From positions 109,306,001 through 109,370,000 of the forward strand of contig OZ024743.1 in the NCBI GenBank assembly GCA_964016885.1: 64,000 bases of DNA, written 5' to 3'. Position 1 is the stretch's first letter, and the number at the start of each line of letters is the position of its first letter. Position numbers and translations under genes: made by a program. The notes under the pieces are model-generated. The model saw only the letters and a list, made by a program, of their open reading frames with translations, had not been told where the DNA came from and did not search any database. Positions 14,560 through 27,500 of the stretch are shown piece by piece. The stretch comes from Eledone cirrhosa (taxonomy: Eukaryota).

Positions 14560-15720
14560 CAAAGAAATCCCCTAACAGCGAGTCATTCGATGTGCCGATG
14601 GGATCCTTTGACAACGTCGATATGTGAAATTTGATGGGCCTTTTAATCTTAGACACACTACGTAATACATTCCCTGACTTCCATGCGGGTCTATATCGTG
14701 ATGATGGTATTATCGAGCCATAAAAGTGGCCATGACTTCGACACATTTAGAAAAAAAAAGGTCACTACCTTCAGCAGCCTAGGCTTAAAAATTGCTATAT
14801 CTACCAACATCGCCAATAATAACTTCCTAGATGTAAATTTAGACCTACGGACACGCTCATATAGACCATTCCTCAAACTAGTGAGAAACCTAGTTACTTT
14901 CATAAGGACTCTAAATATCCTCCATCGTTATTAAAAACCTTATCTATAACATTAGTAGGAGTGTATCCAACCTCTTTATAGGGCAGCATGCATCAACTAC
15001 AACTCGGCACTAAGTAACAGCAGCTTCAGTAAAACAATCACTTGCTCTCGAGATCACCGCCTTTAAAAAAGAAACTAGACATAACGACGTCATATGGTTC
15101 ACACTTTATATGAAAACAAATGTCGATAGAACATTCCTAGCTCTCCTAGATCTACTCTTCTCTGTTGACCATACATAACGATAGATATTCAATCGCCATA
15201 CAGTGAAAATCGAGTACTCCTGCATCCTATAACAATAAAACCCACATCACCAGCAAACGCAAAAACTACCACATCGTACGGATCCACATGTAGATGGCAA
15301 GATATATGCCCACTAGTCCAACAGTGCAACACTCCATTCGTGATATATCAAGCAGAAGTGACCTCCACCAACCAGAACCTCCAAACTGATACCTGGACTT
15401 ATGTCGGAATATCCAAGAGCCGGTACCTGAAACACGGAACAGCCTACAGACATCCTGACAAAAACTTATGCCACTCAGCTCGCAAAGCATGTATGGAGCC
15501 TTAGCAATACAGCATACCATTGTTTTCCATCAAACAGAGTATATTAAGAAAATATACCCTCTATTTTAATGGGCAACATCGTCCGAGCTATGTAACTCGG
15601 AAAAGTGGAATGTACTGACACAGCTAGCTGCAGAGAAACAGCGCTTAAAGACACACATTGACCGCTTGGTCACTGTCCATACGAAGCGACATTCATTGTG
15701 AGAAAATGATATAGATCAGA
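14560..15720 (+). mobile_element. 5'-truncated decayed Penelope-like element, Naiad-type (RT plus GIY-YIG)
   Basis: SFDVPMGSFD, AGLYRDDG, NFLDVNLDL, TCRWQDICPLVQQC..VIYQAEV; homologous to the element at 50-52 kb. Confidence 0.85.
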
Positions 15721-16186
15721 CTAATATGAATTTCAGATTAATTTGAATTTCAAAGAACATAATTTATTTTAATTACTAAATAATTTGAATTTTAAGGAAC
15801 TTGTTTTCTTTGAATTACTAAGTTAGCATACATTCCCTGTATTTGGTATTATTTTTATGATAGTTATCACCCATTAACCTATCTAATAATGTTGTAATAT
15901 ATATTTAGAGCTAATTTCGAAATTACTCCCTCTCATATATATCCATCTTTCTTTATATAACAGGCTAACTGAGTTGGGGGTGTATAACAGAACGAAACGT
16001 AGGTGCCTGCATATGTTAAATTACAATACATATCTGTATACAGCTTTTTTCGCAGTTAAATCCTAAATCTGTTATAGGTTCATACGCAAATGAGCGTAAT
16101 GACCTCATTTACAGAGACGGGAAACGTATATATTCTCGACTGTTTTCAGAGTTCAGCAGTGGCAAGAAAATAGGAGGCGGGTGGGG

Positions 16187-16234
16187 GGTCGTCCTGATGA
16201 GAACCAGCTCAGTTCGAAATGCACATCGATGATT
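16187..16234 (+). ncRNA. Type I hammerhead ribozyme
   Basis: ggtcgtc-CTGATGA-GAAC cagctca GTTC-GAAA-tgcac-ATC-gatgatt; intact core, 4-bp stem II, stem I with G-U pairs. Confidence 0.75.
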
Positions 16235-16404
16235 GTCTCCTTTGCTTCTGCTGAGCACCGCCAGATAGTGATAGCCGCTGGTCTTTTTGCATAGCTACGG
16301 GTTTGTAAATGTTTATTTATAAAGATACCGCATTTCTTTAGAAATACGAAATTACAATACATATTTGTATACAGCAATGCTCGAAATTAAATAGTAATTT
16401 CTAT

Positions 16405-16470
<66 letters not shown>

Positions 16471-16478
16471 AATTTGAG

Positions 16479-16516
<38 letters not shown>

Positions 16517-16905
16517 GTGCGTGTGTGTGTGCGTGGGTGCGTGTGTAAGCATATGACGGATATCAATAAGCGACGAGGAAATACATTTATAAGAAAATGA
16601 AGGAAGCTCTGATGCAGAAATTATCGGCAATTATGCTATAAAAAATTTTGTAAAAATAGGGCAAATTCCCTAAAGTCGTAAACAATGGCGCCATCGTTCA
16701 CTACGAGGGGTCGAACTCCGTTTTATCAGATACATCATATATACGCTAATCATATATATATATATATATATCTATATAAACGGAAAAAATGAAACGAAAT
16801 TTCATTTCTCACTCTTAGTACGGCTCTTACTTAAATATAAGTATGTATACGTACATACATATATGTATACAGACATACAGTAGTATGTATATATATACAT
16901 AGATG

Positions 16906-16946
<41 letters not shown>

Positions 16947-16974
16947 GTATGGAATTACCGAACATTAATTATAA

Positions 16975-17160
16975 AGGGCGGTGGATTGGCAGTATCAGTA
17001 GAGGGTCGGACACCATGCTTTTCAGCATAGTTACGTCCCTTTACGATCTGAGTTCAAATCCCGCCAAGGTTGACTTTGCCTTTCATCCTTACGGGGTCGA
17101 TAAAATAAAGTACCAGTAATGCACTGGGTAATTGCTGGCCTTGTGCCTAAAGTAGAAACA
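16975..17160 (+). mobile_element. Full-length SINE with 11-bp target-site duplication
   Basis: A and B boxes present; attaattataa at 16964-16974 and 17161-17171. Confidence 0.92.
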
Positions 17161-17261
17161 ATTAATTATAATGCTCGATGTGATTGTAAACAAACATCTC
17201 GAATTAAGCCGTTCAATATTTAGCAACCATCGTTGCCCTTTTGTTCAACACTGACAAATGA

Positions 17262-17304
17262 ACAATGTACTAGTTTCAACCTTATTAGCTATTGTCAGCA
17301 CCGT
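17262..17304 (-). ncRNA. Family A HHR, degenerate (CTGACAA core)
   Basis: acggtg-CTGACAA-tagctaataaggtt-GAAA-ctag-TA-cattgt. Confidence 0.6.
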
Positions 17305-17644
17305 ATACCTTACTGCCAGATGATTGAATGTCTGAAAGTATATATTTTCCTTATGCATATTAACGGATGAGCAGCCTAATTTGCATATCGAGTGAGTTAA
17401 TCGGCCGGGCGCACCAAAAACGATAAAGGGAAAAATGAAACGAAATTTCATTTCTCACTCTTAGTACGGCTGTTACTTAAATATAAGTGTGTATATAAAT
17501 ACATACATGCACACATAGATATATGTAAGTATGGATTTACCGAACATTTATTATAATGCTCGCTGTGTTTGTAAACAAACCTCCGAATTAAGCCGTACAG
17601 TGTTTAGCAACCATCGTTGCCCTTTTTTCAACACTGACAAAGTA

Positions 17645-17687
17645 ACGATGTACTAGTTTCAAGCTTATTAGCTATCGTCAGCACCGT
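17645..17687 (-). ncRNA. Family A HHR, intact
   Basis: acggtg-CTGACGA-t AGCT aata AGCT t-GAAA-ctag-TA-catcgt. Confidence 0.88.
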
Positions 17688-17998
17688 ATACCTTCCTACC
17701 AGATGATTGAACGTCTGAAAGTAGATACTTTCCTTATGCGTATTAACAGCTGAGCATCCTAATTTGCATATCGATAGCTAATAAGCTTGAACCTAATACA
17801 TCGCTTCTTTGTCAGTGTCGAACTAAGGTTGCTAAATACTGTACGGTTTTATCCGGGATGTTTGTTTACAGACACACCGAGCATTATAATAAATGTTCGG
17901 TAAATCCATACGTACATATATATATATATATGTGCATGTATGTATATATATACATACTACTGAACGTCTGTATACATATATGTATGTATGTATACATA

Positions 17999-18112
<114 letters not shown>

Positions 18113-18183
18113 AAGAAAAAGAGATGAAATCGAAAATGCAACTGGAGTCTTATTTTTTTTTAAATATATATATTTATTTGGTT

Positions 18184-18221
18184 CCTTTACCGGTTTCGCA
18201 GTTCTTCTGCTTTTCAAAAGG
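18184..18221 (-). ncRNA. Family B minimal HHR, U3-A8 core variant
   Basis: Mirror image of 18290-18327. Confidence 0.75.
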
Positions 18222-18289
18222 TGAGTTGAGATGGAGGGTCTGTGGTTTTTCTCACATGAGAAAAACCACAGACCCTCCATCTCAACTCA

Positions 18290-18327
18290 CCTTTTGAAAA
18301 GCAGAAGAACTGCGAAACCGGTAAAGG
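18290..18327 (+). ncRNA. Family B minimal HHR, U3-A8 core variant
   Basis: cctt-TTGAAAA-GCAG aagaa CTGC-GAAA-ccgg-TA-aagg. Confidence 0.75.
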
Positions 18328-18457
18328 AACCAAATAAATATATATATTTAAAAAAAAATAAGACTCCAGTTGCATTTTCGATTTCATCTCTTTTTCTTTA
18401 TACTTTCACTCGTGTAGGACACCTCGGTTATTTTTCATTTTGTAAAAAAAACCTCAC

Positions 18458-18513
<56 letters not shown>

Positions 18514-18699
18514 CTTTAAGTCGCTTGGAAGATTCGCCAATGCAGATGGGTAAATCTCCGGGTAACAAGATCCGGTGGTGGAGAGAGATGTAACTTGGTG
18601 TACGTTGAGATGCGTGGCGTGTATAAGACTGTAACGTGTAGAGGAATGAAGGAAAGAGCGTAAAGGATGAAAATAAAAATAACAACACAAGAAATAGTT

Positions 18700-19815
18700 A
18701 TCTTGGAAGAGATTTAATTGTCCCTATATATTTCGGATACACATCCATCAACTGGGTTTTTTCCGGAGGGGGAGGGGGAAGTTTGTCCGACGGAAAGGTG
18801 CGAAACGTGTCCTCCGCTCTTCGTTACTTTGAATATCTGACTTATTCAGCAGAGCGCGCGTGCGTGTGAAATGTGGTCAGTCAGGCAGAGGTCAGCGGCC
18901 GAAGTGGTTCTTTCAATTGTGGGAGTGGGGTGGCGCTAGCTGTCAGTCCATTATTTGCCTGTTTGGTGAATGTTACTGTGTGTATGTGTGTGTGCGCGTG
19001 TGTTGTTGTCTCGCTGAGTGTGTGTGTGTGTGTGCGTGTGTTGCTGCATCGTTTGTTACCTTAAACCAACCACCTCATTTCGCTTCTCTATTATCGGTAG
19101 CTTAATTGTGGCCCTAGGCGTTTGATCCAAAGTGCTTCCTTGATACGTAACGTGCCGACATTTCTTTCTGTCGCTAGAATTGTGACAATGAGCCTTCCGT
19201 CTTTGTTTCCGCATTTGGCTATGTGTTGTCGCAAAGACGAGGCCCTTATTTTAGTGTGTTCCTTGATCCGGATCTGCAACGGCCGGATTGTGCTATCTAT
19301 ATAGTATTGGTTGCACTTGGTACATTCTATCTTATACAGGACGTATGTGCGTAGGCAACAGTTCGCATGGCGCATCAGGCAGTCTCTGAAGAAGCACACG
19401 TCAGTTGATTTCCCGAGTTTCCTGGAGAGGCATCTTCGCAGCGAGGGGCCCGAGTGGGCCAGGTGGATCTCGATGCCCTCCCTATCCTATCCTTGCGGAT
19501 AGCGTTGGTATTATTCTCGCCCAGGTGTGGCATTTTAAGGAAGCACTTACCTTGGGTGCCTCTCTGTCTCTTGGGTCTTGTGTCTCCTCCTCTGTCTGTG
19601 AGCGAGGTAGGGTACACGTTCGTCTCCAGCACCTCGAGGAATCGCTTGGTATGAGTGACACGACTCGCGCGATCGCTGCATCTGTTTTTGATTCGCGCGA
19701 TCTCGTTCGTGATGCATCCTCTTTTGGCACTGTTAGGGAGGGCGGACATGTAGTGGAAGAACAGGTCCCTGCAGGCTGCCTTTCGGTAGAAGTTGCAGTG
19801 GATCCCTCCCTGTTC
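18700..19815 (-). mobile_element. 5'-truncated PLE (RT thumb plus GIY-YIG endonuclease and 3' region)
   Basis: FYRKAACRDLFFHYMSALP; VLYKIECTKCNQYYIDSTIRPLQIRIKEH...KEALWIKRLGPQL. Confidence 0.85.
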
Positions 19816-20433
19816 CGTGATTTTGATTCGGAAGTAATATATAACTGTTTGAAACACGAAATATACGTTCAAATTGTTGACAATTATTTCAGCTGTTAAC
19901 AGCAGAGCAATAAATGTTTTTTCTGACGTGTGAATTAAACTCTCACATAGAGGTAAACACTATTTTTAAACACCATCATATATTTTATTTTAAGCAGAAG
20001 AATATTATGGTACATATAAATATTTTTGTACAGCGTTCTTGAGCGATCCATAAACATGCCTGTTCTATGAGCGAAAGATTCGTGTCTTGGACAGTGTTGT
20101 TACACAATTTTTCTTATGTGTCCAGGAGAGAAAACGAAATTGAGTGTTTGTCTGGTTGGTATATATATTTAAATAATTGCCGAACTATCAAGTTTTGTTT
20201 TTATACTATAGGTTGACATAAGGCATTATTTGCAGCACTATATATTGATCTCTATGACTTATGATATGCATACACTAGATTTTCTCTTGATTTATATGCA
20301 TAGATATATAAATGCACATTCCCGCACACGCGCGAACACATATAGACGCGCAAACGTATATAATTGCATGCATACACTCAAACACTTACACAGGCACGCG
20401 CAAACATATACATAGATATTTATACACACACAA

Positions 20434-20470
<37 letters not shown>

Positions 20471-20471
20471 C

Positions 20472-20554
<83 letters not shown>

Positions 20555-21345
20555 AACATCGATTCGTACCGTCAAAATGACAGCCAGTCAGATATTCATT
20601 AACATAAATACATAACACACGTTTTATAACGCATCGATATGCACACACACACACACATACGTACACAGAAACACACACACACATATATATATAGACATAT
20701 ATATATACATATAATAATTGTATAGACACATTCAAATAAATAAATATCAGTTTACATTCGAGTGAGTCATCCATCAGGCAAGCACAAACAAAAATCCACT
20801 GTTTTGTGTAGAATGGTAAAGTGTAAGATGTTAGAAAGAGATAGATATATATTAAGTCAAATGAGAATAACAAAAATAAAAATAAGAGATTGAAGGGAAG
20901 TAAAGAGATTGAATGAAAGAAACGGAGAGAAAGCCAGAGTGAGTAAATAAGAAAAGTAGCGAAAGAGAGGTGGTAAATAGAAAGAGAGATAGAGAGAGAC
21001 GGATCGAAAAATAGAAAGATAAAATGCAAGTAGAAAATACATAAAACATACTAATATTTCAGAAATGAAATCTAAAATTACTGAGTAATCGTCCAACATG
21101 TATGATGTGTTTGGTCGTCCGTCATTAAGTTCTACATTGGCCGCTGGCCAAATCCAAACTATCATGTACTTTTATACGAATGTTTTACACTAGTATCTTG
21201 GTTTGTATTCATTGATCTCTTTGTTAGACATACACCGTGTAGAATAATTTTGCTAATACACACACACATACGCACACACCCACACACGCACTCACACACA
21301 TAAATATATATATATGTCATACATGCATACATACATATACATATA

Positions 21346-21403
<58 letters not shown>

Positions 21404-21419
21404 TATGAAAATGGAATAG

Positions 21420-21538
21420 AATGAAACGAAATTTCATTTCCCACTCTTAGTACGGCTGATACTTAAATATAAGTATGTATACGTACATACATATATGTAT
21501 ACAGACGTACAGTAGTATGTATATAAATATACACACAT

Positions 21539-21587
<49 letters not shown>

Positions 21588-21788
21588 CGGCGATGAATTG
21601 GTTTTGCGAGGTTTTTTATATGAAATCGTGTGTCGAAACAGATATTGTTATATTTGGGGAGGGTCAAGTAAGTTAGATCGCAGATATATATATATAAAAG
21701 ACAGCGAGAAGCGAAAACCAACCAAACAGTGAGTGTGTTCTGTTATTAATTCTGGCAATATTACGCAAATATGACCCTCCCCAAATAT

Positions 21789-21825
<37 letters not shown>

Positions 21826-21927
21826 ATGTACACGTACATACATATATGTATGTACATGTACCAACTTAGATTTAAGTAACAGCCGTACTAAGAGTGGGAC
21901 ATAAAATTTCGTTTCATTTTTTCCGTT

Positions 21928-21958
<31 letters not shown>

Positions 21959-22144
21959 ATGTACGTATGGGTTTACCGAACATGTATTATAATGTTCGGT
22001 TTGTTTGTAAAAAAACAGCCCGAATTACGCCGTACATTGTTCAGGCAACCATCGTCCCCTTGTTGTTCAACACTGACACAGGAATGATGTACTAGTTTCA
22101 AGCTTATTAGCTATCGTAAGCATCGTATACCTTCCTGCCAGATG

Positions 22145-22150
<6 letters not shown>
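21420..22150. mobile_element. Family A locus 2: fragments in both orientations, interleaved with family C pLTR pieces (about 21590-21793)
   Basis: Homology to 17435-17710; degenerate HHR (CTTACGA core) at 22084-22126 on minus. Confidence 0.85.
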
Positions 22151-22210
<60 letters not shown>

Positions 22211-22253
22211 AAAATGTTTAACTCCGACGGCAAAGCTCAAACCGTTTCGACAC

Positions 22254-22299
<46 letters not shown>

Positions 22300-22479
22300 T
22301 TATACACCAATACTAACTAAATTATGTAATTTACATCAAGCACTCAACGTCATGTTACTTCTTCCAAATAAGAATGACGGAACATATTTAGAATAAGGAA
22401 AATGCGTAGTTTGTTGTAGAAGTTTTAGAGTCCTTTACTGATAAGTATGTGATATATATTTCAATGACGATCATGGACA

Positions 22480-23925
22480 CCAAATTTCCCCCTCTCAATA
22501 TCTACCACGACATTGCCACACTAACAAATTCTCGCCCTCACTATATCTACTACATGGCACTCGCCATTATCTCTCTTTCTATATCTACATCCAGCAAACT
22601 CGCCCCACTATATATCTAACATAAGAAACAATCTCCCAACACCCCTCTTTATATCGATCATCTCAAACTCTCCCCGTCGCATCTCTACCACACAATACTC
22701 TCATTATCCCCCTCTCTCTATGCATCACCTGTAATCCCCCTCTCTCTATCAATCATCACTATACTTTTCCCCTCGCTATATCTCTTATACAACACTCTGA
22801 TAATCGGTCTCTCTCTATCGCTCACAAACTCACACCGCGATAACTTTTACGACACTCTCTCTCCCAGTCTCCTTCCCTATATTTAGCAAAATTCATCTCT
22901 CCCTAATCCCTCATTTTATCTACAAGTATTGAAATCTACCCCTCTCTATATCAATTAATACCAAACTGTTCCCATTTTTATATCTAGTACACGAAACTCT
23001 TTTCAAATCCCTCTCTATATATCTGCTACAAGGAACTCTCTTCCAATCTCCTTCACTATAACAATTAACTCCAAACTCTCTCCATCACTATATCTACCGT
23101 ACAGCACTCTCTCATTACCTCTCACTCTATCCATCACTACAAATTTGTCCCGCTCTCTATATCTATTGATATCTATCACTATCAATTCTCTCATTCTATT
23201 CATTAGCACCAATATCTTCCCCTCTCTCTCTATCTACTACATGGAACTATCTTGCAACACACTCTCCAACCCCCTCTCTCTATATCAGTTACCAGCAAAC
23301 TCTCCCGCTCTCTATACGCCACTCTTTCTGAAACCATCTCACTGTATCCACCACCAGTCAACTCTCCTCTCTATATCTAATCTACAACAATCTCTCACGT
23401 TCCCTCTCACTCAATATATTACTTCACTTCTTTATATTTATCTACATTTACTCTCTCAATCTTCCTTTCTATACCAATACTCATCAAACTCTCCCCTCTC
23501 TATATCTATCTATATTTGTCTCACCCATTCTCTATTCCAATAGCCACAAAATTCCCCCCACCTATATCTACCTTAAAACGTTCTCATCAGCCGACTCTCT
23601 ATATCAATTAACACCAAAATTTCATCCCCTCTATATCCATTACCCCAAACTCTCACCATCATATTTACCATGCGGCACACTATCATTATCCCTCTCTCGA
23701 TATTTATTAACACCAATCTCTCACACTCTTTTTGTCCATAACACAACACTCCTATAATCCCCCTCTATTTATCTCTCCCACTCGCTCTATCTATTTTTAC
23801 CTATCTCTCCCCAATCCCTCTTCCAGTAAACCCATTCCCTCTTTATATCTATCTACATTTATCCCTCCCAATACACCTCTCTATATCAATCACCACCAAA
23901 CTCTCCTCCTCTCTATTATCTACTG
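22480..23925. repeat. Degenerate C/T-rich tandem repeat
   Basis: Recurrent ctctctatatctac and caaactctccc units; strong strand skew. Confidence 0.7.
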
Positions 23926-24389
23926 CACATATACAAATAGATGTGTGTTTCGGTAGTTTGGGAAGAACATTTGGGTTGGCCATGCACCCCTCCCCCCTGC
24001 TTTATCCATCTTCCCTGTAAAGTGTGGGTGATTATTGCAAGAATGGCCCACGTGAATGGGCCAGCTCTGACTATGCCCCTGTGGCAAGCTGACCTGGAGT
24101 GGGAGTGCCCTATCTGTGCACTCTCGGAGCGTCCAGTGATTGGTGGGGTGCTTTACTCGCCCGTTGGTGATCCTCGCCCGTATTAGAGAAATTGTATTGC
24201 TATCATAATTGTTTTATTGTTATTGTTTTTTATACTGATTACACGATTGTATTTTAAATGCTAGCGTCCCTGGCTTTTATTTTCACCCCATATATGCAGG
24301 CTCCTGCCCCCACCCAATATTAATATTATTATTAATATTATTGTTATCATCATTGTAAGTTTATGCTCGTGGTAGGTGAATGTCGACTA

Positions 24390-24948
24390 TATCCACTCCG
24401 ATACTTACTTGCTACTTCATTTTTTTTAAATCGAGATTGATTAAAGGAAATCTAGACCTAAGAGTGATTTGAACTCAAGAAATAAAAAGTCCTAACTAGA
24501 TACTGCAACAATATTCTGTCCGATGCTACCCACCGCTTTTGTTATGGTGGAAAAAGTTATTGGGTGCGACAATATTTCGGCACTCAAATATAAGATGTAA
24601 TATGTTCACAAATAAGGCTCAACAAGAAAATGAACCTCTGGCAAATGTAAGACATGTTTTTATGTCAGTTTTATAAAGAATCATCGGTCCAACGACAACA
24701 TGATGATAAAGTATAGTAGACGTAAAATGCATTCATTTATAAACGGTGCTTTCGAGATTTAAGAAACGTGAATTAGGCACGATGCGAACAATTTAGGTCG
24801 AGAGGAAAGTCGATTACATCGACCCCAGTGCTATACAGGTTCTTTATTTTATCGAGCCCGTAAGGATGAAAGTCAAAACTTATCTCGGCGGGATTTGAAC
24901 GCAGTACATAAATGCCTATAATTCTGTGCTACTGCCAATCCACCGCTC
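24390..24948 (-). mobile_element. Two decayed SINE copies (about 24390-24535 and 24775-24948)
   Basis: gatttgaactc; tttatcgagcccgtaaggatgaaag...ctgccaatccaccgc. Confidence 0.7.
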
Positions 24949-25637
24949 TAAGAGACTTGATATAATACAGACTGCAATCGTCTATTATTTAAAATCAGTC
25001 CAAATTCTATACGTATTTTGAAAAATTTGAGCATCATCAAGATTTTCTTAAAGATTGATGTCGGCAATATTTGTTTCAGGTTTTAAGTACAATTCATACG
25101 CTAACTCTAGTACCATTTCTCTGCTTAAGAATACAGTGTAAACATCTAAATAATATATTGTGTATAAACATACTAATAGTCTACTGTATCCATGACAAAT
25201 ATAATTAACACTCAAACAAACATAAATAGTCTCTAAATAGTTGCTTTAAAGCGGTAAGCTTTCGCCAACTGTGAGTAGATTAAGCGTTGTAAAATTAACG
25301 ACTCATTGGCTTCTGCTTCTTAGTTAAACTGTTTTTGTGCGAAAATTCTCAAATGGGAATTCCTCTTTCATAGATTTAACGCATCTGTAACCGGAACTAA
25401 TCACTGTTCTATTCGAATTTTCACACCTGTGAAATGCAATGCATCTAAGCTTATACTTCGATCTCTCCTTCCTTTTATTCAAGTACAAAAACACACATTC
25501 TGACACATACATAAGTACACACATTGACATATTCACACATACACAGAGACACAAACACACATGACCATATATATATCTATATCTACAAAGGCAAACACAC
25601 ACCCATACCCACGAACATACATACTTAGACATTTACA

Positions 25638-25709
<72 letters not shown>

Positions 25710-26784
25710 TGTAAAGGTGTAAATGTCTATGTATGTATCTGTGTTTGCCTTTGTGGATATATATATATATATATGGTCAATCGGGGCAGAATTGGAGACC
25801 CGTAGTAATGAGCCTAACCATTAGTAATTGATATATAACGTTTTTCTGTGACTAATATCCACTGTAGCCCATTCTCTATTCTGTCCGCTGGGACAGTAAG
25901 ACGACTTGTGCCTAGTGTACCGGCGACAGAAAATGCCTCTGCCACACTGTGTCTGCAACATATTTTAATTGTTGCTGATATTTATGTGATTTTCAAATTG
26001 TATAGATAGTTATTGTTTGGCCATTACACTTTGTGTATTGTTTCAGGATCATTACCCAACAAGAGATCTCTGGAATGAAATGGAATTATAATCTAATGAT
26101 GTTATAGTATCACGAGCAATAATGGAATATGTGGGTTAATATTTGAGATATAGACGATACTTTCTATATAATATAGCTGAATTGAATATTAAAAATTTGC
26201 TTTACTTCCAAATAATATAAAATTATGGAGATTTAATTCAAAGCATCTGTGATAAGGATGCAGGTAAATCTTGTTAATCGTCTCAACTCTAGCATATATT
26301 AATTGATGTAAGCTTAAGGTGCAATATAATCACAAGTCTGGCCCATATTGTTCATAGATGACAAACACATGCTGAGCCACTGTTAATATAAATAACAAAC
26401 TTAAAGTAAATATGTTCGCTAGTTGCTTTGCGATTTGACCTATGACCATTATTTAACAACAATACAAACGCACGATTAACTTGTTGTTCAATTGAGAAGT
26501 TTCGATAATTATTTATCGAATGTAAAATAGCCTAAATGTCATCGATTTATTCAATGTTCTATGACTTAAAGAGTATTTCCTTATTATGTAAGCGCTTGTT
26601 TCCTTATTATCTAAGCGAAAGTTTAAGTGGACAGGCAGTATCACTGAATTAATGTAAAACCGCCGGAAAGTAGATGTGTGAAAAACCGTATAATAATTTC
26701 AATGTTGTACTAGATAAAACTTATACGCAGAATGATTCAAGATTAACGCCGAGGAATATATACATACTAGCTTCAAAGTGTAAT

Positions 26785-27500
26785 ATTGTCTACCCTATCT
26801 CCCCAGTTCCATAGTGGGTCACCCTAGCTCCATATTTCAATTCTGCGTCACTGTACATCGCCCGTTCCATAGTGTACCACTCTAGCTCGACAGTGCCATA
26901 ATGCGGCACCCTAGTTTCATATTCCCCTACGTGTCACTCAAACTTCCCAGTGCCATAGTGTGCCACCTAGCTCTGGAGTGCCATAGTGCGGCACCCTAGC
27001 TTCAAAAGACCATATCTTCCCACACTAACTCCCCATTGTCATAGGATTCACCCTAGTTCCATATTTCCTTACTGCGGACCCTACCTTCTAAGTACCATAT
27101 TTTCCCCATTACCACCCCAATGCCATAGGGGGTCACCTTAGCTACATATTTCCATAATGTGTCACTGAAGCTTCCTAGTTCCATAGTCTGCCACCCTTGT
27201 TCGGAGTGCCATATTGCAGCTACCAAGCTCCGAAGTGCCGTATTTTACGACCCTATCTCCCCATTTCCATACTGCGAAATCTAACCACCCAGTTTCATGG
27301 TATGCCACCCTAGCTGTAGCAGTGCCATAGTAAGGCACTTTACCCTCAAATTGCCATATATCATCATTGCCATACTGCTCTACCCTAGCTCCATAATGCC
27401 ATATTGTGTCACTCAAGCTTTCCCGTGCCATCGTGTGGACCCTAGCTGAGCAGTGCCATACTGTGTCACCCTAGCTCCGCGGGGCCACAGTGTGGTACCT
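26785..27500. repeat. Degenerate minisatellite, unit about 30-35 bp
   Basis: Recurrent accctagctcc...agtgccatagtg. Confidence 0.8.

Noticed and set aside
15961-16009. HHR-like trace after the Naiad remnant (caggc...GAAACG...gcctg)
   Set aside because: Core CUGANGA is not recoverable
16975-17065. tRNA gene
   Set aside because: The A and B boxes belong to the SINE head; it continues into SINE body sequence with a TSD
17245-17451. Recurrent small ORFs in family A copies (MKFRF..., ...ANKLETST...)
   Set aside because: Starts, stops and frames differ among copies; the peptide similarity simply reflects the conserved ribozyme DNA
18721-18756. Degenerate HHR on minus (TTGAT-GGATgtgtATCC-GAAATATATA) at the end of a PLE
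   Set aside because: Plausibly a decayed pLTR ribozyme, but the core is incomplete, so not listed as a feature
26785-27500. CRISPR-like periodicity
   Set aside because: Eukaryotic context; units degenerate along their whole length, with no unique spacers and no cas genes
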